Shown: positions 1 to 9,500, numbered from the stretch's first letter. The stretch: 32,992 bases of DNA from an uncultured Eubacteriales bacterium (GCA_900313345.1 OMQW01000053.1:1-32992), one strand, 5' to 3'. Notes: generated by a model from the letters alone, not told the origin. Numbers and translations: made by a program.

Positions 1-803
1 ATAATTTAAGATGTCACTATTGTGGTTATGCAGCAAAATTAGATATTAATTGCCCTAAATGTCATGAAAGATCATTGAATGGAATAGGTACAGGAACAGA
101 AAAGATAGAAGAAGAGTTAAATAAATTATTTAAACAAGCTAAAGTATTAAGAATGGACTTTGATACAACAACTAAAAAAGGATCTCATGAAAAATTAATA
201 GAAAGCTTTAAAAAAAAAGAATATGATATTTTAATAGGAACACAAATAGTAGCAAAAGGTCTAGATTTTGATGATGTAACACTGGTAGGTATAATAAATG
301 CAGATACTTCTTTAAATATCCCTAATTATAGAAGTAGTGAAGAAACATTTGAACTTTTAAGTCAAACAGCAGGAAGAAGTGGAAGAAAAAAACATGGAAC
401 AGTAATTCTACAAACATATAATAAAGATCATTATGCTATTAGATATACTAAATCTCATGATTATTTAAATTTTTTTAAAGAAGAAATGAACATAAGAAGA
501 GAAATGAAATATCCTCCATATTATTATTTAATATATATAAAAATAAGTGGAAAAGATAATAATTATGTTTATAAAGAAGCCTTAAAAATAAAAAAATCTC
601 TAGATAAATATTTAACATCATCTATAATATTAGGACCTATTTCACAAGAAATATTAAAAGTAAATAATAAATATAATTATGGAATAATAATTAAATATAA
701 GAAAGAACCAAACTTAGATAATACATTAAATCTAATGATAGATGCATATAAAAGTCTTAATAAAATAAAAGTAGAAATAAACATAAATCCCATGCATTTT
801 TAA
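1..803 (+). CDS. priA: Primosomal replication protein N' (PriA helicase), C-terminal part; the 5' end lies outside the window
   Basis: The reading frame is open from base 3 (NLRCHYCGYAAKLDINCPKCHERSL...), giving the CxxC...CxxC zinc-binding insert. It continues into the helicase C-terminal motifs (GTQIVAKGLDF, QTAGRSGR). The TTG start at 75 in the track is an artefact of the window edge. It sits upstream of fmt, as in Bacillota. Confidence 0.85.
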   Translation, partial: NLRCHYCGYAAKLDINCPKCHERSLNGIGTGTEKIEEELNKLFKQAKVLRMDFDTTTKKGSHEKLIESFKKKEYDILIGTQIVAKGLDFDDVTLVGIINADTSLNIPNYRSSEETFELLSQTAGRSGRKKHGTVILQTYNKDHYAIRYTKSHDYLNFFKEEMNIRREMKYPPYYYLIYIKISGKDNNYVYKEALKIKKSLDKYLTSSIILGPISQEILKVNNKYNYGIIIKYKKEPNLDNTLNLMIDAYKSLNKIKVEININPMHF

Positions 804-839
804 AATATGATATAATCTTATTAAGATATAGGAGTTAAT

Positions 840-1778
840 ATGAATAATCTTTATAACTTATTAATGCAAGATAAAATAAAAAACATTTTAAAAAAATCAA
901 GAACTAAAGATGAATATATTTTATTAATAGATTATCTATATAAATATTATTTAATAATAGAAGATAATAAATATTTAGATAAATATTTAAATAAAATTAA
1001 GCATCTCTTAAATAAGAAATATGATTTAAGAAACTTAGAATTAAAATTAAATAATGAATTAGCAAAAATAATAATTAAAAAAGAAGAGTATAAGAAAAAA
1101 GAATCTCATGAAAAAGTCCTAAGATATATTTATAATAAATATGTTAAAGAAGGATATTTTTATATAAGTTATTCATCCAATTATTATAATTATTTAAATG
1201 AATATGGAATATCTAAATATGGTTTTAAACTAGACAATGAGTTAAATAATATAAATAATATATTTCATAAATATTTAAATAGAAATATTATTTATGAAAA
1301 ACTAGATCCGCTATCAGATAGTTTTAGATATATATTAGATAAATCGTTATTAGAACCATTCTTTATTAAAGAATTATTTGATTCTAATTTAATAACTAAA
1401 GAAACTCTATATAAAAAAGATATATATAGTGTAATAGAAGAAATTAATAAATTATCTATTAAATATAAAATAACTAATAGTGATAGATTATCTTTAATAA
1501 ATAGTTTTAAACTAGTATGGGATAGATATACAGTAAAAGAAAATGATATTATGTTAGCATGTATAAAAAGAAAATATTTAAAAAAAGATAAAATTAAAGA
1601 CTTAGAGGAAATAATAAAAGATGATAAAATAAAGATAGATGAATCTATAGATATATTATTTGAATCTCGCTACTTAGTCTATGAAATAGAAGAAGATATA
1701 AATAAAGAAAATATAGAATATATATTTATACCATATATTAATAAGATTATCGAAAAATATAGAAAAAATTATTTTTAG
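840..1778 (+). CDS. Hypothetical Lys/Asn/Tyr-rich soluble protein, 312 aa, no recognisable motif
   Basis: Long ORF preceded by the SD sequence TAGGAG 7 nt upstream. It has no TM segment and no catalytic signature. It occupies the slot between priA and fmt where def is usually found. Confidence 0.55.
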   Translation: MNNLYNLLMQDKIKNILKKSRTKDEYILLIDYLYKYYLIIEDNKYLDKYLNKIKHLLNKKYDLRNLELKLNNELAKIIIKKEEYKKKESHEKVLRYIYNKYVKEGYFYISYSSNYYNYLNEYGISKYGFKLDNELNNINNIFHKYLNRNIIYEKLDPLSDSFRYILDKSLLEPFFIKELFDSNLITKETLYKKDIYSVIEEINKLSIKYKITNSDRLSLINSFKLVWDRYTVKENDIMLACIKRKYLKKDKIKDLEEIIKDDKIKIDESIDILFESRYLVYEIEEDINKENIEYIFIPYINKIIEKYRKNYF

Positions 1779-1810
1779 TAGTATACTAATATAAGAATTA
1801 AGGAGTCAAT

Positions 1811-2743
1811 ATGATTAAAGTATTATTTATGGGTACACCATACTTTTCAACAAAAATACTAGAAAGTTTAATAAATAGTCAAGAAATAGAAGTAGTTGGT
1901 GTAGTAACAAAAAAAGATAGTGAACAAGGTAGAAAACGTATTTTAACAGAGTCTCCTGTTGCACTACTAGCAAAAGAAAATAATTTAAAAGTATTTAAAA
2001 TAGAAAAGTTTAAAGATGAAGTTGAAAATCTAAAAGCTTTAAATGCTGATTTAATAGTAACAGCAGCATATGGAAAAATACTTCCTGAATCAATTTTATC
2101 TATACCTAAATATGCATCAATTAATGTACATGCATCTTTATTACCGAAATATCGTGGAGCATCTCCAATAGAAGCATCTATAAAAAATGGTGATAAAGAA
2201 ACAGGTATAACTATTATGTATATGGATAAAGGAATGGATACAGGTAATATTATTAAAGAAGAAAAAGTAATAATAGAAGAAACAGATAATTTAACATCAC
2301 TTACAAAAAAATTAGCAGAACTTGGAAGTAACATGATAGTAGATAATATTAAAGAAATAGTAAATAATAAAAATGAAAGCATAAAACAAAATGATGAAGA
2401 AGCAACATATACTCATGTAATAACAAGAGAAGATGAACATCTTGATTTTAATAATAATGCTGAAGTAGTATTTAATAAAGTTAGAAGTCTAGCAGATGAA
2501 CCAGGAGCATATGTAAAACTAAATAATGAAATAGTAAAAATATATGAAGGCTATGTTTTAAAAGAAGAAAGTAATAAAAAAGTTGGAACTATTATAAAGC
2601 TTTTAAAGGATGGTATAGCAGTTAAAACAAAAGATTACTTATATGTAATAACTAAATTAAAGCCACAAGGCAAAAAAGTAATGGACGCAAAAAGTTATAT
2701 AAATGGTCTAAAAGAAGATATTGTAGGTGATATATATGAATAA
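1811..2743 (+). CDS. fmt: Methionyl-tRNA formyltransferase
   Basis: N-terminal FMGTP motif, HASLLPKYRGASPI formyltransferase motif and a C-terminal Fmt beta-barrel domain. The SD sequence AAGGAG is present and the synteny is conserved. Confidence 0.9.
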   Translation: MIKVLFMGTPYFSTKILESLINSQEIEVVGVVTKKDSEQGRKRILTESPVALLAKENNLKVFKIEKFKDEVENLKALNADLIVTAAYGKILPESILSIPKYASINVHASLLPKYRGASPIEASIKNGDKETGITIMYMDKGMDTGNIIKEEKVIIEETDNLTSLTKKLAELGSNMIVDNIKEIVNNKNESIKQNDEEATYTHVITREDEHLDFNNNAEVVFNKVRSLADEPGAYVKLNNEIVKIYEGYVLKEESNKKVGTIIKLLKDGIAVKTKDYLYVITKLKPQGKKVMDAKSYINGLKEDIVGDIYE

Positions 2744-3455
2744 AAAGGATAATATATTTAGTGTATTAGATGAAAACCCTGATTTAAAGAAGGTAGCATT
2801 CTTTATATTTTATCTAATATTTTTTATTGTAATGATACTAATGCTAAGAGGAACTAATAAAGCTCTTCCAAAAGAAAATACAAGATATAATACAGGATAT
2901 AATAATAGTTATACATTAGAAAGTATAAATACTAGAAATTATCACTTTAATATAATAGAAAATATTAATGGAAATGAAACTATTTATGATGGAGATAAAA
3001 ATGGTAATAAGATGTCTCTAATTAAAAGTGGAAATAAATCAGAAAATTATTATATAGAAAATAATGATTATTATTTAAGAGATGAAAATACACTTAGATA
3101 TAATAAAATAGATGGACAATTAGAATTTATTAAGTTTATAAATGAACAAGCTCTAAAAGAAATAATAACAAGATCTTCATATGAGTCATTTGAAGAATAT
3201 TTTGATAGCAAAAAGAATTCATATAAATATGAAATATCTACAACAACTCTAACAAAAACAATTGATGGAAGAAATATAGATCTGAGTGATTTACCAAATA
3301 AAATAGAAGTAACAGTAAAAGAAAATAAAATAGAAGAAATAGATTTAGATTTAACTAATTATTATAAGTTTAATGATAGTAATATAAATAAATATACTTT
3401 AAAAATAGTTTATTCTAAATATAATGAAATAGATGAAATAAAGGTAAATAAATAA
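2736..3455 (+). CDS. Hypothetical membrane-anchored protein with one N-terminal TM segment and an Asn/Tyr-rich extracytoplasmic domain
   Basis: TM segment VAFFIFYLIFFIVMILML. I prefer the ATG at 2736 (SD sequence GTAGGTGA 5 nt upstream, ATGAATAA overlap with the fmt stop) over the track GTG at 2727. It sits where rsmB normally lies. Confidence 0.55.
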   Translation: MNKKDNIFSVLDENPDLKKVAFFIFYLIFFIVMILMLRGTNKALPKENTRYNTGYNNSYTLESINTRNYHFNIIENINGNETIYDGDKNGNKMSLIKSGNKSENYYIENNDYYLRDENTLRYNKIDGQLEFIKFINEQALKEIITRSSYESFEEYFDSKKNSYKYEISTTTLTKTIDGRNIDLSDLPNKIEVTVKENKIEEIDLDLTNYYKFNDSNINKYTLKIVYSKYNEIDEIKVNK

Positions 3456-3507
3456 CTATTTATTTACTTTTTTTATTATGATAAAATATTGAAAGGGAGA
3501 TGTTACA

Positions 3508-4527
3508 ATGAATATATATGACTTAACATTAAAAGAATTAGAAGAAAAAATAATAGAAATGGGTGAAAAAAAATATAAAGCCCTTCAAATATATACTTGG
3601 TTATACAAAAAGAAAGTAAAATCATTTGATGAAATGACTGATATAAAAAAAGAATTTATAGAAAAATTAAAAGAAAACTTTGTAATCGGAACAATTAAAA
3701 TAGAACAAGTAGAAAGAGATAAAGATGTAAATAAATATTTATTTAGATTAAGTGATAATGAATTTATTGAAGCTGTTTTAATGAGACATGATTATGGTTT
3801 AAGTATATGTGTATCTAGTCAAATTGGTTGTAACATGGGTTGTAAATTTTGTGAATCTGGTAGAAGAAAAAAAGTAAGAAATCTAACAACTGGAGAAGTT
3901 GTAGAACAAATACTACTAGTAGAAGAAGATTTAAAAGAACGTATTAGTCATGTTGTAGTAATGGGTATAGGTGAACCATTTGATAATTATGAAAATATAA
4001 TTAGATTTATTAGAATAATAAATGATCCTAAAGGTTTAGAAATAGGTATTAGACATATAACAGTATCAACATGTGGACTAGTTATTAAAATAGATAGTTT
4101 TGCACATGACGCAGAAGGAGCAAACCTTGCAGTAAGTCTACATGCACCAACTAATGAAGTAAGAAATAAAATAATGCCTATTAATAAAGTTTATAAAGTA
4201 GAAGAAATAATCAGTGCAATTAAAAAGTATATAGAAAAAACTAATAGAAGAGTAACATTTGAGTACATTATGTTAAAAGATATTAATGATACAGATAAGT
4301 GTGCAGAAGATTTATCAAAACTATTAAAAGGAATTAATTGTTATGTAAATTTAATTCCATATAATGAAACAGCAAACATAGAGTTTAAAAGAAGTGATAT
4401 GTTTCAAATAATGAAATTTTATGATATACTAAAAAAGAATAATATAAATGTAACAATAAGAAGAGAATTTGGTTCTAAAATAAGTGCAGCATGTGGTCAA
4501 CTTAGAAGTAAAAAGGAGGAAGCATGA
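3508..4527 (+). CDS. rlmN: 23S rRNA / tRNA adenine-C2 methyltransferase, radical SAM enzyme
   Basis: The CNMGCKFCESG radical-SAM cysteine cluster, the C-terminal AACGQL catalytic Cys motif, the length and the synteny all fit RlmN. It ends in TGA within an ATGA overlap with the next gene. Confidence 0.9.
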   Translation: MNIYDLTLKELEEKIIEMGEKKYKALQIYTWLYKKKVKSFDEMTDIKKEFIEKLKENFVIGTIKIEQVERDKDVNKYLFRLSDNEFIEAVLMRHDYGLSICVSSQIGCNMGCKFCESGRRKKVRNLTTGEVVEQILLVEEDLKERISHVVVMGIGEPFDNYENIIRFIRIINDPKGLEIGIRHITVSTCGLVIKIDSFAHDAEGANLAVSLHAPTNEVRNKIMPINKVYKVEEIISAIKKYIEKTNRRVTFEYIMLKDINDTDKCAEDLSKLLKGINCYVNLIPYNETANIEFKRSDMFQIMKFYDILKKNNINVTIRREFGSKISAACGQLRSKKEEA

Positions 4528-5264
4528 AAACTTTTTATTTAACAGATGCGGGTAAAGTACGTGATCATAATGAAGATAGCCTAATAATATTAAAAAACAT
4601 TAATGATGAATACTTATTAGCAGTAGCAGATGGAATGGGTGGACATTCAGCAGGTGAAATAGCATCATCAATCGCTATAAACTATTTAGGGAAACATTTT
4701 AGAGAAACTTTTATAAATTTAGATAAAACTCATGCAGTATCATGGATAAGAGATAGTGTTAATGAAATTAATTCTTTAATATTTCAATATGAAAAAAATC
4801 ATGAAGAAAGTAAAGGTATGGGAAGTACTCTAGTAATGGCAATAGTTACAAATGATTATATACTTTTTGCAAATATTGGAGATAGTTCAGGATTTGTTAT
4901 GAAAGAAGGAAGACTTCATAAAGTAACATATGATCATACATTAGTTAATTTATTAGTATCCGCTGGAGAACTAACAAAAGAAGAAGCGAAAGATCATCCT
5001 AAAAAAAATGTTTTAATGAAAGCATTAGGAGCAAATGATCCAGTAGAAGCAGATATATTTGATTGTGATATGAATATTGAAAGTATTTTATTATCAAGTG
5101 ATGGTCTTACAAACATGCTTGATAAAGAACAAATAGAAAAAGTTTTACTAGAAGATATAACAGAAGAAGCAAAAGTAAATAAATTAATTCATAAAGCAAA
5201 TAATAGAGGCGGTACAGATAATATATCAGTATGCTTATTAACTAAAGAAGAAGGTGAAATGTAG
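4524..5264 (+). CDS. prpC: PP2C-family Ser/Thr protein phosphatase
   Basis: Metal-binding motifs of the PPM family are present (RDHNEDS, ADGMGGH, SDGL, GGTDNIS). It is translationally coupled to the kinase gene downstream. Confidence 0.9.
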   Translation: MKTFYLTDAGKVRDHNEDSLIILKNINDEYLLAVADGMGGHSAGEIASSIAINYLGKHFRETFINLDKTHAVSWIRDSVNEINSLIFQYEKNHEESKGMGSTLVMAIVTNDYILFANIGDSSGFVMKEGRLHKVTYDHTLVNLLVSAGELTKEEAKDHPKKNVLMKALGANDPVEADIFDCDMNIESILLSSDGLTNMLDKEQIEKVLLEDITEEAKVNKLIHKANNRGGTDNISVCLLTKEEGEM

Positions 5265-7039
5265 TGATAACAAAGGGGCAAAAAATAAATGATCGTTATG
5301 AAATAATTCGTTCAATCGGTGAAGGTGGTATGGCTAATGTATATTTAGGATATGATACTATTCTAGATAGAAATGTAGCAGTTAAAGTATTAAGAGGCGA
5401 TTTATCAAATGATGAGAAGTTTGTAAGACGTTTTCAAAGAGAAGCTTTATCAGCATCTTCTTTATCACATCCAAATATTGTTGAAATGTATGATGTAGGA
5501 GAAGATAATGGAATGTATTACATAGTTATGGAATACATTGAAGGAGAAACTTTAAAACAATTATTAAAAAGGCGTGGTAAATTAACTCTAAGTGAAGCAA
5601 TAGATATCATGTTACAGTTAACAGATGGTATGGCACATGCTCATGATTCATATATAATACACAGAGATTTAAAACCACAAAACATCATGATAGAAGATGA
5701 TGGACAAATAAAAATTACAGACTTCGGTATAGCAATGGCACTTAATTCAACACAATTAACACAAACTAATTCTGTAATGGGTAGTGTTCACTATTTACCA
5801 CCAGAACAAGCTGCAGGTAAAGGTTCAACAATAAGAAGTGATATTTATTCAATGGGTATTATTTTCTATGAACTATTAACAGGAGAATTACCATTTAGAG
5901 GCGATAATGCAGTAGAAATTGCTCTTAAACAAATGAAAGAACAAATACCAGATATACGTGAATCTAATAGTGAAATACCTATGTCAGTATATAATGTTAT
6001 TTTAAAGTCAACTGCAAAAAATCCCAAAAATAGATATACAGATGCTAGAGCAATGCATGATGATTTATTAACAGTATTAGATGATGATCGTTTAAGTGAA
6101 ACAAAACATGTATATAAATATCCAGAACACGAAGAAAATACAAAGGCCGTAGAAAAATTAAAAAATATTGAAAAAAGCGAAGAAGTAGTTGCAGAAAAGA
6201 TTGAAGAAAAAGAAGAAAAGCTAAGTAAACGTCTTATAATAATATTATCAGTTATAGCAACTATTATTATAATAGTACTTGTATTAATAGTCTTCGTTAT
6301 ACCAAAAGCAACTGCACCTAAATCAGTAAAGATACCAGATGTATCAAAAATGACAGTTAGTAAAGCAGAAAAATTATTAATTGGTAAAAAACTAACAGTT
6401 AATACTAAAATAGAAGAAGTATATGATAAAGATGTTAAAAAAGGCTATGTAGTAAAAACTGAACCAGCTAAAAATAGAACTGTAAAAGAAGGAGAAGAAA
6501 TAACTATATATAAATCTCTTGGTATAAAAAAATATCCATTAGAAGAATATGTAGGAGAATCTCTCTCAGGAGTTAAAGCCTCACTTGAAGCTAATGGCAT
6601 TAAAGTAACAGTTACAAAAGAAGATGCAAGTGAAGAAACATGTAAATATGTTGGAACTGATAAAGTAGTATGGCAAAGTCTAGCAAGTGGTTCTAAAGTT
6701 AAAAGTGGAGATGAAATAGAACTTAAAGTATTAAATAGTTTAGCATTCCCTAGCTTTAAAGGACAAACAGAAGATGAAGTATCTACTTGGGCTAATAAAA
6801 ACTGTGTAACACTAACAGTAGATTATCAAGAAACATCAGATGATACATATAAAGATAAAGAACAAGTAATATCACAATCAAGACCAGTAGGAGCAACAGT
6901 TAAAAATAATGATAGTGTAGAAATAGTAATTTCTAAATATAAAAAAGAGGAAGTAGCAAAAGAAGATAATACTGAAGAAAAAGAAGCAACTACTTCATCA
7001 ACAAAAACTCCAACTTCTGATCAAACTAAAAAACAATAA
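5264..7039 (+). CDS. prkC: Hanks-type Ser/Thr protein kinase with three extracellular PASTA repeats
   Basis: Kinase motifs GEGGMANVY, VAVK, HRDLKPQN and DFGIA are present, followed by a single TM segment (IIILSVIATIIIIVLVLIVFVI). Three ~65-aa PASTA-like units and a Thr/Ser/Lys-rich tail follow. The GTG start overlaps the prpC stop (TAGTG). Confidence 0.9.
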   Translation: MITKGQKINDRYEIIRSIGEGGMANVYLGYDTILDRNVAVKVLRGDLSNDEKFVRRFQREALSASSLSHPNIVEMYDVGEDNGMYYIVMEYIEGETLKQLLKRRGKLTLSEAIDIMLQLTDGMAHAHDSYIIHRDLKPQNIMIEDDGQIKITDFGIAMALNSTQLTQTNSVMGSVHYLPPEQAAGKGSTIRSDIYSMGIIFYELLTGELPFRGDNAVEIALKQMKEQIPDIRESNSEIPMSVYNVILKSTAKNPKNRYTDARAMHDDLLTVLDDDRLSETKHVYKYPEHEENTKAVEKLKNIEKSEEVVAEKIEEKEEKLSKRLIIILSVIATIIIIVLVLIVFVIPKATAPKSVKIPDVSKMTVSKAEKLLIGKKLTVNTKIEEVYDKDVKKGYVVKTEPAKNRTVKEGEEITIYKSLGIKKYPLEEYVGESLSGVKASLEANGIKVTVTKEDASEETCKYVGTDKVVWQSLASGSKVKSGDEIELKVLNSLAFPSFKGQTEDEVSTWANKNCVTLTVDYQETSDDTYKDKEQVISQSRPVGATVKNNDSVEIVISKYKKEEVAKEDNTEEKEATTSSTKTPTSDQTKKQ

Positions 7040-7052
7040 AAAAAGGAAAATT

Positions 7053-7883
7053 ATGCAAGGAAAAATAACAGAAATCAATAAAGATATATTTATAGTAGAT
7101 AGTAATGATACTAAATATAATTGTAAATGTAGAGGTCTATTAAGAAAAAGACATATAGAACCTGTTGTAGGGGATATATGCCTTTTTAACCCATCTAAAT
7201 TAATAATTGAAGATATCTTAGAAAGAAGAAATATTTTTGATAGACCTAAAGTAAGTAATATAGATATAGCATTTATAATAACAAGTCTAAAAGAACCAAA
7301 CTTTTCAACTGATCTATTAGATAAATTCTTAGTAACAATGGAAGTTAATAATGTAACACCAATTATTTGTACAACTAAAGAAGATTTATTAAATGTAAAT
7401 GAAAGAAAAGTAATAATGCCTATTTTAGAATATTATAAAAATATTGGTTATACTGTAATAAGTAATAATGATATTGATAAAATAAAGAATATTATAAAGA
7501 AAAACACTATAGTTTTTACAGGTCAAACAGGAGCAGGTAAATCTACATTATTAAATAAATTAAATAATAATTTAAAATTAAAAACAGGAAAAATAAGTAA
7601 AGCCTTAGGTCGTGGTAAACATACAACAAGATTAGTAACACTTTATAAAATAGATAATGGCTATATTTTAGATACTCCAGGTTTTTCTAATATAGATTTA
7701 TCAAAATATTCTAAAGAACAAATAAAAGAATCATTTATTGAATTTAATAATTATCCTTGTATATATAAAGATTGTACACATACCAAAGAAGAAGAATGTA
7801 AAATAAAAGAAGCAGTAAGAAATAATAATATCTTACAAGAAAGATATGAAGATTATTTAAAATTTATAGGAGGGAATAAGTAA
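7053..7883 (+). CDS. rsgA: Ribosome small-subunit biogenesis GTPase RsgA (circularly permuted GTPase)
   Basis: The G4 motif (TTKED) comes before the P-loop GQTGAGKSTLLN, which is the circularly permuted order. A C-terminal Cys/His zinc cluster (CIYKDCTHTKEEEC) is present. Synteny after prkC fits. Confidence 0.9.
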   Translation: MQGKITEINKDIFIVDSNDTKYNCKCRGLLRKRHIEPVVGDICLFNPSKLIIEDILERRNIFDRPKVSNIDIAFIITSLKEPNFSTDLLDKFLVTMEVNNVTPIICTTKEDLLNVNERKVIMPILEYYKNIGYTVISNNDIDKIKNIIKKNTIVFTGQTGAGKSTLLNKLNNNLKLKTGKISKALGRGKHTTRLVTLYKIDNGYILDTPGFSNIDLSKYSKEQIKESFIEFNNYPCIYKDCTHTKEEECKIKEAVRNNNILQERYEDYLKFIGGNK

Positions 7884-7884
7884 T

Positions 7885-8508
7885 ATGCTAGTATCAACAT
7901 CATTTCTAAGTAGTAATAATATACCTAAAGACTTACAAAAATTAGATGAAACTAAAACTGATTATATACATATTGATGTCATGGATGGTAAGTTTGTAAA
8001 TAATAAAACTATGCCATTTATAGAAATGAGTAAGATATATAAATATACAAGTAAAAGATTAGATGTTCACTTAATGTGTGAAGATACAAGTAAGTATATT
8101 AAGGATTATGCTAAATTAAATGCTGAGTTTATAACAATTCATGTAGAAAGTAATAATGTAAAAGAAAACTTAGAATTAATAAGAGATTATCATATAAAAA
8201 GTGGTATAGCACTTAACCCTGAAACAAAAGTAAGAGATATAATTCCATATTTACCATTAGTAGATTTAATATTAGTTATGAGTGTAGAGCCAGGTAAAGG
8301 TGGACAAGAATTTATCAAAGAAACTGAAAATAAAATAAAAGAAATAAAAATATTATTAAAAGAATATAAGCTAAATAAGATCATATCAGTAGATGGTGGA
8401 ATTAATAATGAAACTAGAAAATATGTAAAAGAATGTGATATGGTAGTAAGTGGAAGCTATATAATAAATAGTAATGATTTTGAAGAACAAATAGATAGTT
8501 TAAGATAG
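7885..8508 (+). CDS. rpe: Ribulose-phosphate 3-epimerase
   Basis: The motifs HIDVMDGKFVNN, DVHLM, VMSVEPGKGGQEF and VDGGIN match Rpe TIM-barrel signatures. The SD sequence GGAGGG is present. Confidence 0.85.
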   Translation: MLVSTSFLSSNNIPKDLQKLDETKTDYIHIDVMDGKFVNNKTMPFIEMSKIYKYTSKRLDVHLMCEDTSKYIKDYAKLNAEFITIHVESNNVKENLELIRDYHIKSGIALNPETKVRDIIPYLPLVDLILVMSVEPGKGGQEFIKETENKIKEIKILLKEYKLNKIISVDGGINNETRKYVKECDMVVSGSYIINSNDFEEQIDSLR

Positions 8509-8526
8509 AATAAAGAGGTAATAAAA

Positions 8527-9420
8527 ATGAATAATGAAAGAGAAAATAGTGTAATAGAACCTAATATTAATGTAGTGCAACAAGAACCAGTTGTTAACGT
8601 AATACAACAAACTCCTGTAGTTCCAGAGCCTACCATTAATGTAGTGCCAGAAACTCCTGTAATTTCAGAACCTACTGTTAATGTAGTGCAACAAAGACAA
8701 GTAAATCAAGAACCAGTTGTTAATGTAATGCCTCAAACACCAGTAGTTCCAGAGCCTACTGTTAATGTAGTAAAACCATCGCCAGTAGTAAATCCTGTTA
8801 TTAATAATACTGAAGTTCAAAATCCTAATGTTGGAATACCAAGCGAAGAAGTAAAAGTAGAACCTCCAAAGGAAAATAATAACAATAATAATGAAGGTAA
8901 AGGAAAAACAATACTTCTAATATTATTTATGCTATTCGCAATAGTATTTGTTTTATTCTTACCAGAAATATCAAACTTTATTAATAATAAGAAAAACTTT
9001 GAATTTAATAGTGAAGTTAGTGATGGTACACTAAAATGTTTAAGAACATATGATAGTGATGCTAAAGAAACAAATTATGAATACTTCTTTAAATTTATTA
9101 ATAAAGGTGTAACTACAGGAACATATACAACTACATATGAAGATGAAGACAAACAAAATGTAATTGAAAAAAATAATAAGTGTAATGAAATAAAAGCAAT
9201 TTCAGATTCAATATCAGGTGTTGATGTTTCATGTAATTATACAGAAAACATTCAAACAACAATTCAAGAAAATAATTTTATGCAAATAAAATCTGGTAAG
9301 ATGTCTGCCTTTACTGAAGCTGGTGGGATTTATCCAGAATATAAATATAAAGATAATATATATAATATAGAAGCTAATCTAGTAAAAGCAGGTTATGATT
9401 GTAAAATAACTGCCAACTAG
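8527..9420 (+). CDS. Bitopic membrane protein: N-terminal Pro/Val/Asn repeat region, one TM segment, and a C-terminal ~145-aa domain with four Cys
   Basis: The SD sequence AAGAGG is present. Residues 11-92 carry the repeats and residues ~128-146 form the TM segment ILLILFMLFAIVFVLFL. The C-terminal domain has Cys residues at LKCLR, NKCNE, VSCNY and YDCKI. I recognise no family. Confidence 0.6.
   Translation: MNNERENSVIEPNINVVQQEPVVNVIQQTPVVPEPTINVVPETPVISEPTVNVVQQRQVNQEPVVNVMPQTPVVPEPTVNVVKPSPVVNPVINNTEVQNPNVGIPSEEVKVEPPKENNNNNNEGKGKTILLILFMLFAIVFVLFLPEISNFINNKKNFEFNSEVSDGTLKCLRTYDSDAKETNYEYFFKFINKGVTTGTYTTTYEDEDKQNVIEKNNKCNEIKAISDSISGVDVSCNYTENIQTTIQENNFMQIKSGKMSAFTEAGGIYPEYKYKDNIYNIEANLVKAGYDCKITAN
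8557..8802 (+). repeat. In-frame tandem coding repeats (EP-x-[IV]-NV-[VIM]-x-Q / TPV[VI][PS] units), including a ~126-bp higher-order duplication (8581-8706 versus 8707 onward)
   Basis: CAAGAACCAGTTGTTAA(C/T)GTAAT recurs at 8581 and 8707. CCAGAGCCTAC(C/T)(A/G)TTAATGTAGT recurs as well. At the peptide level, QEPVVNVIQQTPVVPEPTINVV matches QEPVVNVMPQTPVVPEPTVNVV. Confidence 0.75.
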
Positions 9421-9448
9421 TTTACATTTCTTTACACTAAACTATAGT
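9421..9448 (+). promoter_or_regulatory. Candidate sigma-A-type promoter TTTACA-N16-TATAGT
   Basis: The hexamers were read directly (TTTACA 9421-9426, TATAGT 9443-9448). This would place the transcription start a few nt before the hairpin at 9461. Confidence 0.35.
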
Positions 9449-9460
9449 CAACAATATTGA

Positions 9461-9500
9461 TACCTCCTCATAATCATGCTAGTATGAAGATGAGGAGGTA
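9461..9500 (+). promoter_or_regulatory. Perfect 11-bp stem-loop that pairs an anti-SD sequence with the SD sequence of the downstream 3D-domain gene
   Basis: TACCTCCTCAT (9461-9471) is the exact reverse complement of ATGAGGAGGTA (9490-9500), with an 18-nt loop between them. The GAGGAGG in the 3' arm is the only SD sequence for the ATG at 9508. Confidence 0.55.
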
